A stretch of DNA of 64,000 nucleotides from Promethearchaeota archaeon (GCA_048938105.1 JBHLMN010000002.1:128001-192000), one strand, 5' to 3'. Counted from the stretch's first letter, positions 50,604 through 61,014 are shown. Numbers and translations are program-made. The notes: a model not told the origin generated them from the sequence alone.

Positions 50604-51560
50604 TTATTCACGACGAGGTGCCTTGATTTGATCCAAAATTTTCTTGATGAGGAGTTCTGATGAGGTTCCTGATAACCAAGAGCTAATCTCAAGAATCAAG
50701 CGATGTGCCAATGCAATAGGAGCAAGTTCTTTGGTATCTTGTGGAATTACATAGTCTCGCCCGTTTAAAGCCGCGTTTGCGCGTGATAAAGCCATTAAAT
50801 CTAATGATCCTCTTGGAGACGATCCTACTTTTACTTGAGGGAGATCACGAGTCTTTTGTACAATTTCAACAATGTATTCATTGATTTCATCAGAGACATG
50901 AACACTTTCAACTGAACGTTGCATATCCCAAAATGTTTTCCTATCTATCACTTGAGAAACATCAAAGGCTTTTTTCTTCCGAAAAATCCGATTCGTAAGA
51001 ATAGTCCTTTCTGCTTCTTTTGAAGGATAACCAATCTTGATCATTGCAAGAAATCTATCAATTTGAGCTTCGGGTAATGCAAAGGTTCCTTCAAGTTCCA
51101 ATGGATTTTGAGTAGCAACAACCAAAAAGGGTTTCTCTTTCGCTAAAAAATAAGTTATTCCTCCAACAGTCACCTGATATTCACCCATGGCTTCCAATAA
51201 AGCACTTTGAGTTTTTGGGGTTGCTCGATTAATCTCATCTGCTAGAATTATATCTGCAAAAACGGGTCCTGCTTTAAATTCAAAATCATTTTTCTTTTGA
51301 TTGTAAATCTCCGATCCAACAATATCTTGGGGTAACAGATCAGGAGTGAACTGTATTCTATTAAATTCACACCCAAGTGCTGTTGCAAATGATCGACAAA
51401 TCATTGTTTTTGCTAGACCAGGATAATCCTCGAAAAGAATATGGCCATCTGCTAGAAAAGCCAACATAACATGACGGAGAGTTTTACTTTTACCTATAAT
51501 ATGCTTATTAATTTCATCTAAAACCTTCACACAAAATTCTGCAGTTTCCTCAATGTTCAT
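50604..51560 (-). CDS. moxR: MoxR family AAA+ ATPase
   Basis: PGLAKT, RIQFTPDLLP, ADEINRATPKTQSALLEAM, ATQNPLE and LPEAQIDRF motifs. Confidence 0.95.
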   Translation of the reverse strand: MNIEETAEFCVKVLDEINKHIIGKSKTLRHVMLAFLADGHILFEDYPGLAKTMICRSFATALGCEFNRIQFTPDLLPQDIVGSEIYNQKKNDFEFKAGPVFADIILADEINRATPKTQSALLEAMGEYQVTVGGITYFLAKEKPFLVVATQNPLELEGTFALPEAQIDRFLAMIKIGYPSKEAERTILTNRIFRKKKAFDVSQVIDRKTFWDMQRSVESVHVSDEINEYIVEIVQKTRDLPQVKVGSSPRGSLDLMALSRANAALNGRDYVIPQDTKELAPIALAHRLILEISSWLSGTSSELLIKKILDQIKAPRRE

Positions 51561-51568
51561 GATAACCG

Positions 51569-52060
51569 TTACTCCATTATGGAAATCAATGGGATTCCAA
51601 GCACTTGTTGAACTTCTTCTATAATTATGAGTAATTTCTGATAGAAAATTTCAGAAGAATCTTTCTTGCGAAAAATCCTAGAATATAATGTACCAGAATG
51701 AGTTTTGAGGGCCATTTCGTCACTGTAATGGCGATACCAACCGTTTGGATCTTTGATAAGTAGAATAAGATTTTCACTACACTTTATTTTATCTTCTTCT
51801 CCAGTAAGTTTCATATAATCCCGTATTAACTGTGATAACATCAATATTACTTGTTTGTGTCTTCTTGAATAATTACTTGATATGAGACGAATTAATTCAT
51901 TATATGAGTTGCTATTAGGTCTAGGAGGGTCGATATATCTTGTTTTTGCTTTTTTAAAGTCATAATCGGATTTTTTGATCTGCCCTTGGCTGTAAGAATT
52001 TATGGTTCGATAAGTAAAAATGATTACTACTATTAAAATGATAATGTAAAATATATTCAT
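51569..52060 (-). CDS. Membrane-anchored hypothetical protein of the MoxR operon
   Basis: N-terminal TM helix; overlaps the upstream stop codon. Confidence 0.65.
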   Translation of the reverse strand: MNIFYIIILIVVIIFTYRTINSYSQGQIKKSDYDFKKAKTRYIDPPRPNSNSYNELIRLISSNYSRRHKQVILMLSQLIRDYMKLTGEEDKIKCSENLILLIKDPNGWYRHYSDEMALKTHSGTLYSRIFRKKDSSEIFYQKLLIIIEEVQQVLGIPLISIME

Positions 52061-52962
52061 TCTATCTCCTCTGGTTCTTTACATTCATTGAGGTCAGACG
52101 ATAAATCTGAAGAGAAAATGATTTTTGAAGCTAAAGATTTAGCTTGGTCAACTTTTTGATCTGTAATGCTATGATTTGAGAACTTTGCTTCTTCAAACAA
52201 GTTTGTAAGGTCGTCAATTAAAGGGGGTGGACTTAAGGTTTTTGTGACAACATCTACATGGAATTCCGTAGGAGTAAGACTTGGTGAATTATTAGCTCCA
52301 CGTTCTTCTAGACTAGTTGATGCTTGATAATAGCACTCTAATACTGTTCTCATTCTATAATCCCTTTCTTGGCTGATAACTGGGCTTTTATCAGTGTCCA
52401 CTAAAGCAATTCTCTTCATTATGGATTTTCGTCTGGATAATAATATTAAGAATAAAGGTAAAAGAATTATTACAATTAGAAAAAGACTTCTCAGCTCTAG
52501 TAAAAAGTTTAGAAAGAAGTTAAAATCAGGTTGACCTGATTCTATTGTCTGTGGGGGTGGTAAAACTGGCCCAGTAGTTTTTTGTGTTGCCATTGTAGTC
52601 GTGATAGGAGTGGAGGTGTTAATTTCTGGTAAGACGGGAGATTCTTCTTCAGGTAGTGTGGTAATCCCCAATAATGCGATTATGAAACACGATATCAACG
52701 TGACTCCTATGAATATGATTAGTGGGAGAGGAGAAAATTGTCGATTCGATTTGTTGCTAAAAAACAGATATATTCCTGTAAATAACGGTAAAAATAATCC
52801 GATGATTTCAAATAAAGAAATATTCAGTGTCATAAATGGTTTAATCATGTTGTTACTAGATAATTGCCCTAATGCGATTTGTGCAAAGGTTAAAGACAAT
52901 AACAGAAAACATAGAATAACAAATTCCTTTTGTTGTAAGAAGTTAAAATCTTTTGTATTCAC
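52057..52962 (-). CDS. DUF4129 domain membrane protein
   Basis: TM helices plus C-terminal TPTEF...LTNLFEEAKFS motif. Confidence 0.8.
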   Translation of the reverse strand: MNTKDFNFLQQKEFVILCFLLLSLTFAQIALGQLSSNNMIKPFMTLNISLFEIIGLFLPLFTGIYLFFSNKSNRQFSPLPLIIFIGVTLISCFIIALLGITTLPEEESPVLPEINTSTPITTTMATQKTTGPVLPPPQTIESGQPDFNFFLNFLLELRSLFLIVIILLPLFLILLSRRKSIMKRIALVDTDKSPVISQERDYRMRTVLECYYQASTSLEERGANNSPSLTPTEFHVDVVTKTLSPPPLIDDLTNLFEEAKFSNHSITDQKVDQAKSLASKIIFSSDLSSDLNECKEPEEIE

Positions 52963-53306
52963 TTTGATACCTACAATTATGTATTTGCTTATTATTGTTC
53001 ATTTCAAGTTTGTTTATTACTTTTTTCTCTTGATGCAAGTTTTCTTGATTTTTAACGACTTTTTACTAATTATTCTCTAGTTTTAGCCTCAATTTTCCCT
53101 ATTTGATTTAAATTTAATTCCTATGAACAAATTTTTATAGCAGGATTTTTCTAAACCTTAACCTAACATAGACTTGTTGACATTTGGTCTTCATTCAATG
53201 TTCTTCATCAAGTAAAAGACCTTCTTTCTGCTGATAATCGAGTTTAATGATTAAGATATAATCTACTAAATCAAATCTTAATAGGAAAGGAAGATGAGAT
53301 TCAAAA

Positions 53307-53735
53307 ATGTTTCTTTATTGGATCGATAAACATCGTTTGGCTGGATCTAGCGAACCACTTGCAGAAGATTTTCCTTTTCTCAATACAATTGAATGGGGTG
53401 GGATGGTTTGTCTTCAGGAGACTCCAACTTCAGAAGAATTAGCCAGTCTATTAGCAGTACCTTATCTACATCTCCCAATTAAGAATTTTTCAATTCCAAC
53501 TGAGACTGATCTCGAATCCATTCTAGAGTTTTTCCATGAGAGTCAGAAGGAAAACCCAAACATCCCTGTGTTGATTCACAGTACAGAGGGACATGGACGC
53601 GCTGGTACAATACTCGGAGCTTTATTGGTAGTTATTGACCGTATCAACCCAGAGGATGCTATCAAACATGTAAGAAAGGTAAATCCCTTAGCAATCGAAA
53701 CTGAAGAGCAAGAGGAGTTTATAAAAAGCCTCTAA
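53307..53735 (+). CDS. Dual-specificity phosphatase-like protein, predicted inactive
   Basis: VLIHSTEGHGRAGT in place of HCxxGxGRxGT; PIKNFSIP in place of PI.DF..P; IETEEQ Q-loop. Confidence 0.8.
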   Translation: MFLYWIDKHRLAGSSEPLAEDFPFLNTIEWGGMVCLQETPTSEELASLLAVPYLHLPIKNFSIPTETDLESILEFFHESQKENPNIPVLIHSTEGHGRAGTILGALLVVIDRINPEDAIKHVRKVNPLAIETEEQEEFIKSL

Positions 53736-53885
53736 AACTTTCAATAGACAAATCTACTCTAGCAGATTTCCTTTAATTAAGAGAAAGAATAAATATTTTT
53801 CTGCCAATACCTTTAGGTAGCGTTATAGTCCTCATAGCTGGTATTTGGAATCTTGTAAAATCTTAAATCAAGTTATTAAGAGAGT

Positions 53886-54977
53886 TTGGAAATGATGTTG
53901 CTTTTACCTGACGCAGATGAAGTTTTTAACACATTCTTGACTAATAATAGTTCAAAAGAATTGAAGAAATCATTCGGTATTGAAAAAGAAGCAATTACTG
54001 CAGCTGAATGTGTAAAGGAAGTAGAAAAATCAGCCTTTCTTTTTTTTCATTCGCAATTTTCAAGAAAGAAAAAGACTTCGATAGAGAAAGAACTAAAACC
54101 TGAAAAGATTGATGTATTGAAGTTAAACGATATAACTTTTTTTTCATTTTCCTCTGAAGGTGTTGATGCTAATGTTTGGAAAGGGAAAGATTTTGTACCT
54201 ATGTTAAAGAATCTTAAGGAAATTCGCTGTAGAGAATGTAATGGAAAAGGTTTTAAGAGTTGTAACCGCTGTAATGACTCCCGATTTATTACTTGTGAGG
54301 AATGTAACGGTAAAGAAAGAAGTTGTGATAAATGTAAGGGTTCAGGGAAAATTATTTTTGATTTAGATGTTAAAGAAGTAAATAAAAGAGGGGATGAAAA
54401 AAGGAAAACAGAAAAAAAGACATACCAATGTACTTCATGTTTTGGAACAGGTAAAATCGTGTGTAAAAAATGCGGTGGAAGTGGTAAGATTGTATGTTAT
54501 GAATGTAAGGGGAATCCAATAGTTTGCCCTGAGTGTAAAGGATTTGGGAAATTATATGAACTCCATGATAGTCATGTCCCTATAATATATATTCCTAGTA
54601 GAAGTAAGAATTCTTATTCATTTATGGTGAAGAAAGACAAATGGATGTTGAAAGAAAAGGATTATAATCAAAAGCTAGAAGATGCAGAATCTTATTCCAT
54701 ATCTGACCCAAAAAAACTGAATGACAAAGATCTTAAAGAATTATTTGGGGTTATTTCTTTAGATAAAGACCTAAAAAAGTGCATTGATGAAACGAAGAAA
54801 ACTTTTGAGAATTTATCCAAAGATTATGATAGTGGTAAATCCTCTGAAGAGCCATTAAAACCTATTTCATTAGTATTCCTTCTTCGACTTGTAATAGAAA
54901 CTCCTAAGAAAAAGAAATTTGATATATATGCTTTGGGGACAAAGAAGAAGTATAGTATCATGACAAACAGGTTTTAA
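53886..54977 (+). CDS. DnaJ-type CxxCxGxG zinc-finger repeat protein without a J-domain
   Basis: Eight CxxC(xGxG)-like repeats; no HPD motif. Confidence 0.7.
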   Translation: MEMMLLLPDADEVFNTFLTNNSSKELKKSFGIEKEAITAAECVKEVEKSAFLFFHSQFSRKKKTSIEKELKPEKIDVLKLNDITFFSFSSEGVDANVWKGKDFVPMLKNLKEIRCRECNGKGFKSCNRCNDSRFITCEECNGKERSCDKCKGSGKIIFDLDVKEVNKRGDEKRKTEKKTYQCTSCFGTGKIVCKKCGGSGKIVCYECKGNPIVCPECKGFGKLYELHDSHVPIIYIPSRSKNSYSFMVKKDKWMLKEKDYNQKLEDAESYSISDPKKLNDKDLKELFGVISLDKDLKKCIDETKKTFENLSKDYDSGKSSEEPLKPISLVFLLRLVIETPKKKKFDIYALGTKKKYSIMTNRF

Positions 54978-55033
54978 GATTAGGAGACCATTTTGAGAAT
55001 TAGATAGTTATTCACATCAAGCTTTAAAGGAAA

Positions 55034-56170
55034 CTATTTGTTTATTTGAGTAATTTTCTTCAAAAACTTGATAAGGACTGATTCTACCTCTAAAACCTCT
55101 GAAATTAAAACCCGCTCATTTGCGTTATGAATGGCCTTTGGATCACCAGGACCATATATGACAAAGGGTATTGATTGTGGTGCTTGAGTGACGAGAACAG
55201 CGGCGTCAGTTCCATAGTTCAAACCGATCGGTGTCTGATTATTACTCACATCCATAAAATGTTGTGTAAATTTATTTTCTTGAGAATTAGATATAGGTAG
55301 CATAATCTGATTTATTTCGGTTTCAAATAGAGCAGGGCTTGATTTTTCAATCTCTTTTATTTTGTAAGTGATTTCATTAGCAAAATTAGTTATATTTATA
55401 GGTGGAACTAATCGAAAATCACATTGAATTTCAGCGTTTTCAGGGACAACGTTTGCACTTTCACCCCCCTTAATTTTACCAATATTCAGAGTACTTTGGC
55501 CTAAAATAGGATGGAAAACCAGAGGAATGGCGCTTTTCAATAATGGAAAAAGCTTTACCAATTCTTCAATAGCGTTAATTCCTTTTTCTGGAGTTGAACC
55601 ATGAGCAGATTTCCCATAAGATCGAATAGTCATCCATAAAACTCCTTTTTCTGCGATTCCGACTTTCAAGTTTGTGGGTTCTGCCACAATGAGAAATTCC
55701 GCATTATCCATGACTCCTAGCTTCATTGCAGCTTTAGCTCCGCCAAGGCCCACCTCTTCATCAGATGTTCCAAGAAATACTATTTGATAATTCAGTTTAT
55801 CTACATTAACGGTATTATTTAAGGATTTAAGTGCTCCTAAACAAGCTGAAACCCCCCCCTTCATATCAGCTGAACCACGACCATAAATATATCCCTCTGT
55901 TTCTTTCGCGCTAAAGGGATCATAATTCCAGTTATTTAAATCACCAGTTGGGACAGTATCTAAATGTCCACACATTACTATTGATTTCGTTGCCTTTCCA
56001 ATAGTTAAGATAATATTTGCTTGATTTTCCTGATACCATTGGGTTCTAACTGTGATGTCATTTCCCTCTGCCCATTCTTGTATGTATTCAATGTTAAGAC
56101 GTGTATTTCCAGGAGGATTCTCAGAATTTAAGCGAATTAAACTTTTTAGAATTGTTAAACAATCCGACAC
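55034..56170 (-). CDS. M20 family metallopeptidase (ArgE/DapE-like)
   Basis: GHLDTVP, GRGSADMKGG, DEE, EPT, AHGS, GTDA and H.ANE motifs. Confidence 0.92.
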   Translation of the reverse strand: MSDCLTILKSLIRLNSENPPGNTRLNIEYIQEWAEGNDITVRTQWYQENQANIILTIGKATKSIVMCGHLDTVPTGDLNNWNYDPFSAKETEGYIYGRGSADMKGGVSACLGALKSLNNTVNVDKLNYQIVFLGTSDEEVGLGGAKAAMKLGVMDNAEFLIVAEPTNLKVGIAEKGVLWMTIRSYGKSAHGSTPEKGINAIEELVKLFPLLKSAIPLVFHPILGQSTLNIGKIKGGESANVVPENAEIQCDFRLVPPINITNFANEITYKIKEIEKSSPALFETEINQIMLPISNSQENKFTQHFMDVSNNQTPIGLNYGTDAAVLVTQAPQSIPFVIYGPGDPKAIHNANERVLISEVLEVESVLIKFLKKITQINK

Positions 56171-56173
56171 AAT

Positions 56174-56434
56174 TCACCCTCCTGAAGAGGAGTTTGTATC
56201 GGCTACTAAATCTAGACTTTCATATTGCTTTTGGTCTATTTCAGCAAAAATTGCTCCTTTATATCCACAATTTCGGCATAAATAATATGGAGGAGATAAC
56301 AATCCTAAGAAACTATTGGGGATTACCTCAAGATTATTTGTAAGACAGATGGGACATACCTTTACAACATCTTTTGGTGATCCTCGGCGAATAAATTTAC
56401 GAATATCGCTAAATGATCTTAAGAATTGTCGCAT
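56174..56434 (-). CDS. Small zinc-ribbon protein
   Basis: CPIC...YLCRNCGYKG. Confidence 0.7.
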   Translation of the reverse strand: MRQFLRSFSDIRKFIRRGSPKDVVKVCPICLTNNLEVIPNSFLGLLSPPYYLCRNCGYKGAIFAEIDQKQYESLDLVADTNSSSGG

Positions 56435-56709
56435 TTCTATTCATCAAAGGTTGAAAAGATATAATATTTCTATTTTTCGTGTGGGATTGTAGGAATTTTG
56501 ATGTTCAAAGTGTTTGTTCTTAAAATTGGAAACTTATTTTAATTCCTTTTTCGTGTAAAGTGTGTGACAAGAAAGAATATTTACTTAAATTTTCACTTCC
56601 AAATAGTAGCTTATCATTTGGTATTCATCTAATGGAACTCGTAAAAGGAAACACTCAAGTCTTCTATACTACATATGCCAAGACTATATCAAACATTAAT
56701 TAATAGCTG

Positions 56710-57288
56710 TTGATCAGAATGACAAAAAGGATTGATTATAATTTCCTAGCAAAAATCCTCCTCCTTGGCGAATTTCGTGTAGGAAAATCGTCGATGGTCT
56801 TACGTTATGTTGAAGATCGATTTCCAGGGGATTACATGGCAACAATAGGTGCTAACTTCTTGGTTAAGACTGTAAATCTTCCTTTTGAGGGTAAAGAGTA
56901 CAAAGTCGGGCTCCAGATATGGGATATCGGCGGACACGCTCGGTCGTCTCAAGTTGGTCGTGTCTTCTTTCAAGGGGTATCAGGTGCTCTTCTGGTGTAT
57001 GATCTTACCAGAAAAGAGACACTTGAAAAATTACCGCTATGGATAGAACAATTGACAAAGTTTTCACCTGATGTCAGAATGTATCTTGTAGGAAATAAGA
57101 ATGATCTAATTGATGAGAGACAAATTTCGTTTAAGGAGGGGGAACAAGCCAAAGACCGCCTCCAGATGGTCAATTTTTTTGAAACTAGCGCCAAAACTGG
57201 GGATCATATACAAGAAACATTTGAAGATCTAGCAGGACTACTCGTGTATACTAATCGTGACAAAATTGTAACTACGGAGACAGACTAA
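56710..57288 (+). CDS. Rab-like small GTPase
   Basis: GEFRVGKS, TIGANF, WDIGGH, NKND and ETSAK motifs. Confidence 0.92.
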   Translation: MIRMTKRIDYNFLAKILLLGEFRVGKSSMVLRYVEDRFPGDYMATIGANFLVKTVNLPFEGKEYKVGLQIWDIGGHARSSQVGRVFFQGVSGALLVYDLTRKETLEKLPLWIEQLTKFSPDVRMYLVGNKNDLIDERQISFKEGEQAKDRLQMVNFFETSAKTGDHIQETFEDLAGLLVYTNRDKIVTTETD

Positions 57289-57346
57289 AAAAAAACCAAT
57301 AATGCTATTTTACGATAATTGATATTTTCTATTGTTTCCTCGGTTT

Positions 57347-57709
57347 CTATACAGCCATTTTCATCATTAGATCTTCAAGAGAGCTGATTTTCTCCAGCTG
57401 AGTCTTATATAGATTAACTTCTTCTGAAGAAATCTCATTATTACCCATTAAAAATTCAAGGATGTCTAGAAACATGTCCTTTGCATATGAAAAATTCGAG
57501 TTTGCTTCAGGAAGGGAGGTGAAAGCAAATGTTAATTTATCAGAAAGGGTGGCATCTTCAACTTTTAATGCGTTTCGAACTGTTTGAACATAAATCTGAT
57601 CCTCGGAAATACCTCGTGCAATTTCGATTCTTTTCTTTGCTTCACGTGAGGCATCGTGTGAGAGCTCTGGGACAAACAGTTTTTTAAAAAATCGGATGAA
57701 TCTATTCAT
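57347..57709 (-). CDS. Hypothetical helical protein
   Basis: 120-aa ORF. Confidence 0.6.
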   Translation of the reverse strand: MNRFIRFFKKLFVPELSHDASREAKKRIEIARGISEDQIYVQTVRNALKVEDATLSDKLTFAFTSLPEANSNFSYAKDMFLDILEFLMGNNEISSEEVNLYKTQLEKISSLEDLMMKMAV

Positions 57710-57915
57710 TGCTTTTGGCTCGGATATACTTGATAATTGAATGTGTCTAGTACTGACTTAGTTTTCATTCTATACTTACTTTATAAAAATGAAGCTTCTT
57801 AACAAATCCTTTTTAAATCATCTTTACCTTTTGATTTTTACTAATTTATATAGATATAAATCTGTTATTATATTTTTGTCGAAAGCTCTATATCGAAAGA
57901 TTAGAGGTCTAAAAT

Positions 57916-58953
57916 TTGACTGAACCACGCCCGAGCCATTCTGAAGCGATTGCTGGAGTAAAAATCAAAAGATTTTTAACTATGGCTGTAATGAAACTGT
58001 CACAGGAACTAATCGATCGGTCGGACACATTAGAAACTAGAAAGTCAATAGAAACTATGATTAACGACCTAGTGAAATCTAGCTTCACTTTAACTTCCTC
58101 TGATAACACACTAACTCAAGCTAAATTATTCTTAGCTTCATTAGGTTTTTCTCCTTGTGAAATTGAGTGGGCAGAAGATGTACGTCTAGGAAGAGTTCTT
58201 CTAGGTAGGGGTCGTATTTGGAGAGCTACAACAGAAAAAGATGCAGAATTAATTAAACTTCTTTTATTAGCGATTGTTAAAGGTCTTGGATATTCATTTG
58301 TAGAATCTAATGTAAAAGTTTCTTTCATTGAAAATGAGCTTCTTCCCCCTCGCTTTGCTTATGAGCTGCAGTTTAGAGCTTCTGAGGATGTTTTTGCGGA
58401 ATCAGTCCAGCCAACTGCCGAAGAAAAAAAGGAGGTTCTACTCTCTGCAGGATCCTTACTTAATCCGATTCTCGGTAGAGGCATTAGTATTCAGGATGCA
58501 ACCCGTTTCTTACTGGAGGGAACACGAACTGTTGTAGAAGAATATGAACCAGCAATTCTAGAACGTAAAGATATTGAAGATTATCCTCTGAAGTTAATTG
58601 AAGTTTTTTATCTTAAGTTACAGGAGGATGAGCGTCTCGAAGAACTTGCCCATCAAATTGGTGTTCTAATGGTCAGAAGTATAAGACAAACATTCCACGG
58701 GATAGAGAGGCACCAAATTCTAAAAGGAATTGGTTTATTACCTCCAGATGAGATCGATGAATTGCTTTTTTATGGTGATGTTGATATCTGTGGAAAGGAT
58801 CGGGGGAAAAATATTTCTTTCTGTAGGTTCTTAGGTCATATTTGGAGTGGGTATGCCTCTGAAGTACTTGGAAAGAAGTTTCGGATGACCGAGGATCCAT
58901 TATGCGCTACCAAGACAGGAACTAAATGCATATTTACACTAGAAGGAATTTAA
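57916..58953 (+). CDS. V4R/TRAPP(Bet3)-fold protein, probably tandem domains
   Basis: C-terminal C..LG...GY...VLG.....E..C......C.F V4R pattern; N-terminal half has a similar Cys-poor pattern. Confidence 0.65.
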   Translation: MTEPRPSHSEAIAGVKIKRFLTMAVMKLSQELIDRSDTLETRKSIETMINDLVKSSFTLTSSDNTLTQAKLFLASLGFSPCEIEWAEDVRLGRVLLGRGRIWRATTEKDAELIKLLLLAIVKGLGYSFVESNVKVSFIENELLPPRFAYELQFRASEDVFAESVQPTAEEKKEVLLSAGSLLNPILGRGISIQDATRFLLEGTRTVVEEYEPAILERKDIEDYPLKLIEVFYLKLQEDERLEELAHQIGVLMVRSIRQTFHGIERHQILKGIGLLPPDEIDELLFYGDVDICGKDRGKNISFCRFLGHIWSGYASEVLGKKFRMTEDPLCATKTGTKCIFTLEGI

Positions 58954-59176
58954 TTTTAATAAAATACTACTTATTTTTCCTGATAGTGGAGATTACTCAT
59001 AATCAACTAGATGTGTGATGTCCTTATTAAAAACTTTAAAAGGGAGAAAAGTAACATTTAGAAAGCAAACATAAAAACCACTCTTCCGTCATGTTCTCAT
59101 GAAAAAAATTACTATCCAATTATTAAAGTGATCAAACGAGATAATTTATCAATATTCTAGGAATGGTGAGTCTCTA

Positions 59177-59512
59177 GTGGTTAGTTTTTGTGAAAAATGT
59201 GGCGCACTCCTAATTCCTCAACGAAATAAAGATGATACTATCACCTTGGTTTGTAGAGTATGTAAAACAGAATCGAAAGACAAATTTAAAGAATCTTCTT
59301 ATCAAATCTCAAGTAGGATCACTCATGATGAAAAAGAAAAGATGACAGTGGTTGAAGAAGAATTTGATATTCGACCAAGTATTAAAGTAGCGTGTCCCCG
59401 TTGTAATCATTACGAAGCTCGGTATTGGGAAGCAGAGAATAGAAGGAAGGAGGAATGGGAAACCACAACTTACTATAAATGCACAAAATGTGGATGGGTT
59501 TGGTCGGAATAA
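59177..59512 (+). CDS. TFS/RpoM-family two-zinc-ribbon protein, atypical paralogue
   Basis: FCEKCG..L.P..CRVC and CPRC...YKCTKCG.VW.E; ENRRKEEWET replaces QTRSADEP. Confidence 0.85.
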   Translation: MVSFCEKCGALLIPQRNKDDTITLVCRVCKTESKDKFKESSYQISSRITHDEKEKMTVVEEEFDIRPSIKVACPRCNHYEARYWEAENRRKEEWETTTYYKCTKCGWVWSE

Positions 59513-59549
59513 AGGTAATCCATTCTTCTTTCAATATTTGGAAGTTATT

Positions 59550-60068
59550 CTACATAGTGAACTCCCATCCACAATGAAAATCACGCTCCATTGGATCTGG
59601 GGGACATGCGATAACATTTGTCTTTATTCTATTATCAATGGTACTGGCAAAACCACTATATTCAACGATTCCTACCTCTTTGCAAGGAAATAATGGAAGA
59701 TTTTTTCTTTCTCTCGCTGATTGAACTCGACATGTTTTCATTTTTAGAATTAACTTGTTTGAGGAGACTCGCTTAACTTCTTGGGTGTTTATAGATGAAT
59801 ATAAGCGTAGATCCAAAGCTTTTTCTAATCCTTCTAACCCTGAATTTTGAGGAATGTCAAATTCATTCATTATTCGTTTTGCTTCAACTACAGTAAAATG
59901 CTTCCATCCTTCTTTGTCAATCTGGATTGCCTCAGCAAGTCCATGTCTTTTTTCGGCTGCTAAAAACCAACATCCGTCATGAGCTAACCAGTTTTTAGCG
60001 TACATTCTGATTATTTTAATTAAATCTTGTTTTTCTAGTTCTTCGAGGTTCATGTTGTTACTCTCCAT
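59550..60068 (-). CDS. DUF6125 family protein
   Basis: NWLAHDG.WF, CRVQ.AR and CPPD...CGWEF motifs. Confidence 0.8.
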   Translation of the reverse strand: MESNNMNLEELEKQDLIKIIRMYAKNWLAHDGCWFLAAEKRHGLAEAIQIDKEGWKHFTVVEAKRIMNEFDIPQNSGLEGLEKALDLRLYSSINTQEVKRVSSNKLILKMKTCRVQSARERKNLPLFPCKEVGIVEYSGFASTIDNRIKTNVIACPPDPMERDFHCGWEFTM

Positions 60069-60741
60069 GAATTGAGGATAATTTCTTATCTAGGAATTTT
60101 TCGATCATTTCCTTGAGTTCTTCTATAGAATACCCTTCATTCCGTAAAGTAAGGTCAAAATTTTTCTTATCTCGAAACGATATACCATAAATTTCTTCTA
60201 AGCGTTCTCCGTCAGTTCTATCTCGAGATTTAATTCTCTGAATGAGTTCATCTTCATTCATACCATACTCAGACCTATTTACATCATGAGAAATACGATT
60301 AGCTATTACTTGAGCGACTACTTCTAACCAAATGGTTATTCCATGGGTTCCAATTGCATAGGGGGCCATTCGTCCGATAAAAATACCCCCTTCCAAAAGT
60401 GCAGTTTTTAAAGCATATTTTTCAATTTCAATGTCTACTTTTCTGGCGAACTCTTGGTTTTGGGTTTTTTGAATGTGTTTCATAAATTCATCTAGGTTTC
60501 TTTCTTTCCATCCTGATTCAATGGCTATTTTCCGTACAAAATCGCCAGCGCCAGTGATTTTTAAAGAAATGTTAAATTTTTTCTCAAAGTATTGATGGAC
60601 AAAACGAGCAACTGTATCTTTTCCTGTTCCTGAAAATCCTCCAATAGCAATTATAGGTGTTGTTCGTTGTTTAATCTTTGTTGAGAATTCTTGAAAGAGA
60701 TATTTCTCGAATTCACATAGGTGGGGGATAAACGTGCCCAT
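60058..60741 (-). CDS. cmk: Cytidylate kinase-like nucleotide kinase
   Basis: IAIGGFSGTGKDT, AGDFVR, GR.A and RDRTD..R...YGI motifs. Confidence 0.75.
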   Translation of the reverse strand: MGTFIPHLCEFEKYLFQEFSTKIKQRTTPIIAIGGFSGTGKDTVARFVHQYFEKKFNISLKITGAGDFVRKIAIESGWKERNLDEFMKHIQKTQNQEFARKVDIEIEKYALKTALLEGGIFIGRMAPYAIGTHGITIWLEVVAQVIANRISHDVNRSEYGMNEDELIQRIKSRDRTDGERLEEIYGISFRDKKNFDLTLRNEGYSIEELKEMIEKFLDKKLSSIHGE

Positions 60742-61014
60742 AAATTGAACCAGCTTGCTAGTAATTGGTTATCATAATTGTAATATACTCTGGGGTTTTA
60801 GTCTGGACATTATTTAATACTATTTTCAGATCTCATGAATATAGATAGATAAAAGAGCTATCTGTTTAAGGATTCAAATATGATTTGTTTGAGAGGGTTA
60901 AATCACCCTCCAAGTTCTATAACTATCACGAAGGGGATATCTATAGACTTGTCAAGAAAGATATCCAGAGAAAAACCTATCTATATGCAAACTTCATCAC
61001 TTAAGAGGTCTTTT

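Noticed and set aside
52601-53080. 159-aa plus-strand ORF and other short antisense/overlapping ORFs in the track
   Set aside because: They shadow well-supported genes on the opposite strand or in another frame and have no motifs
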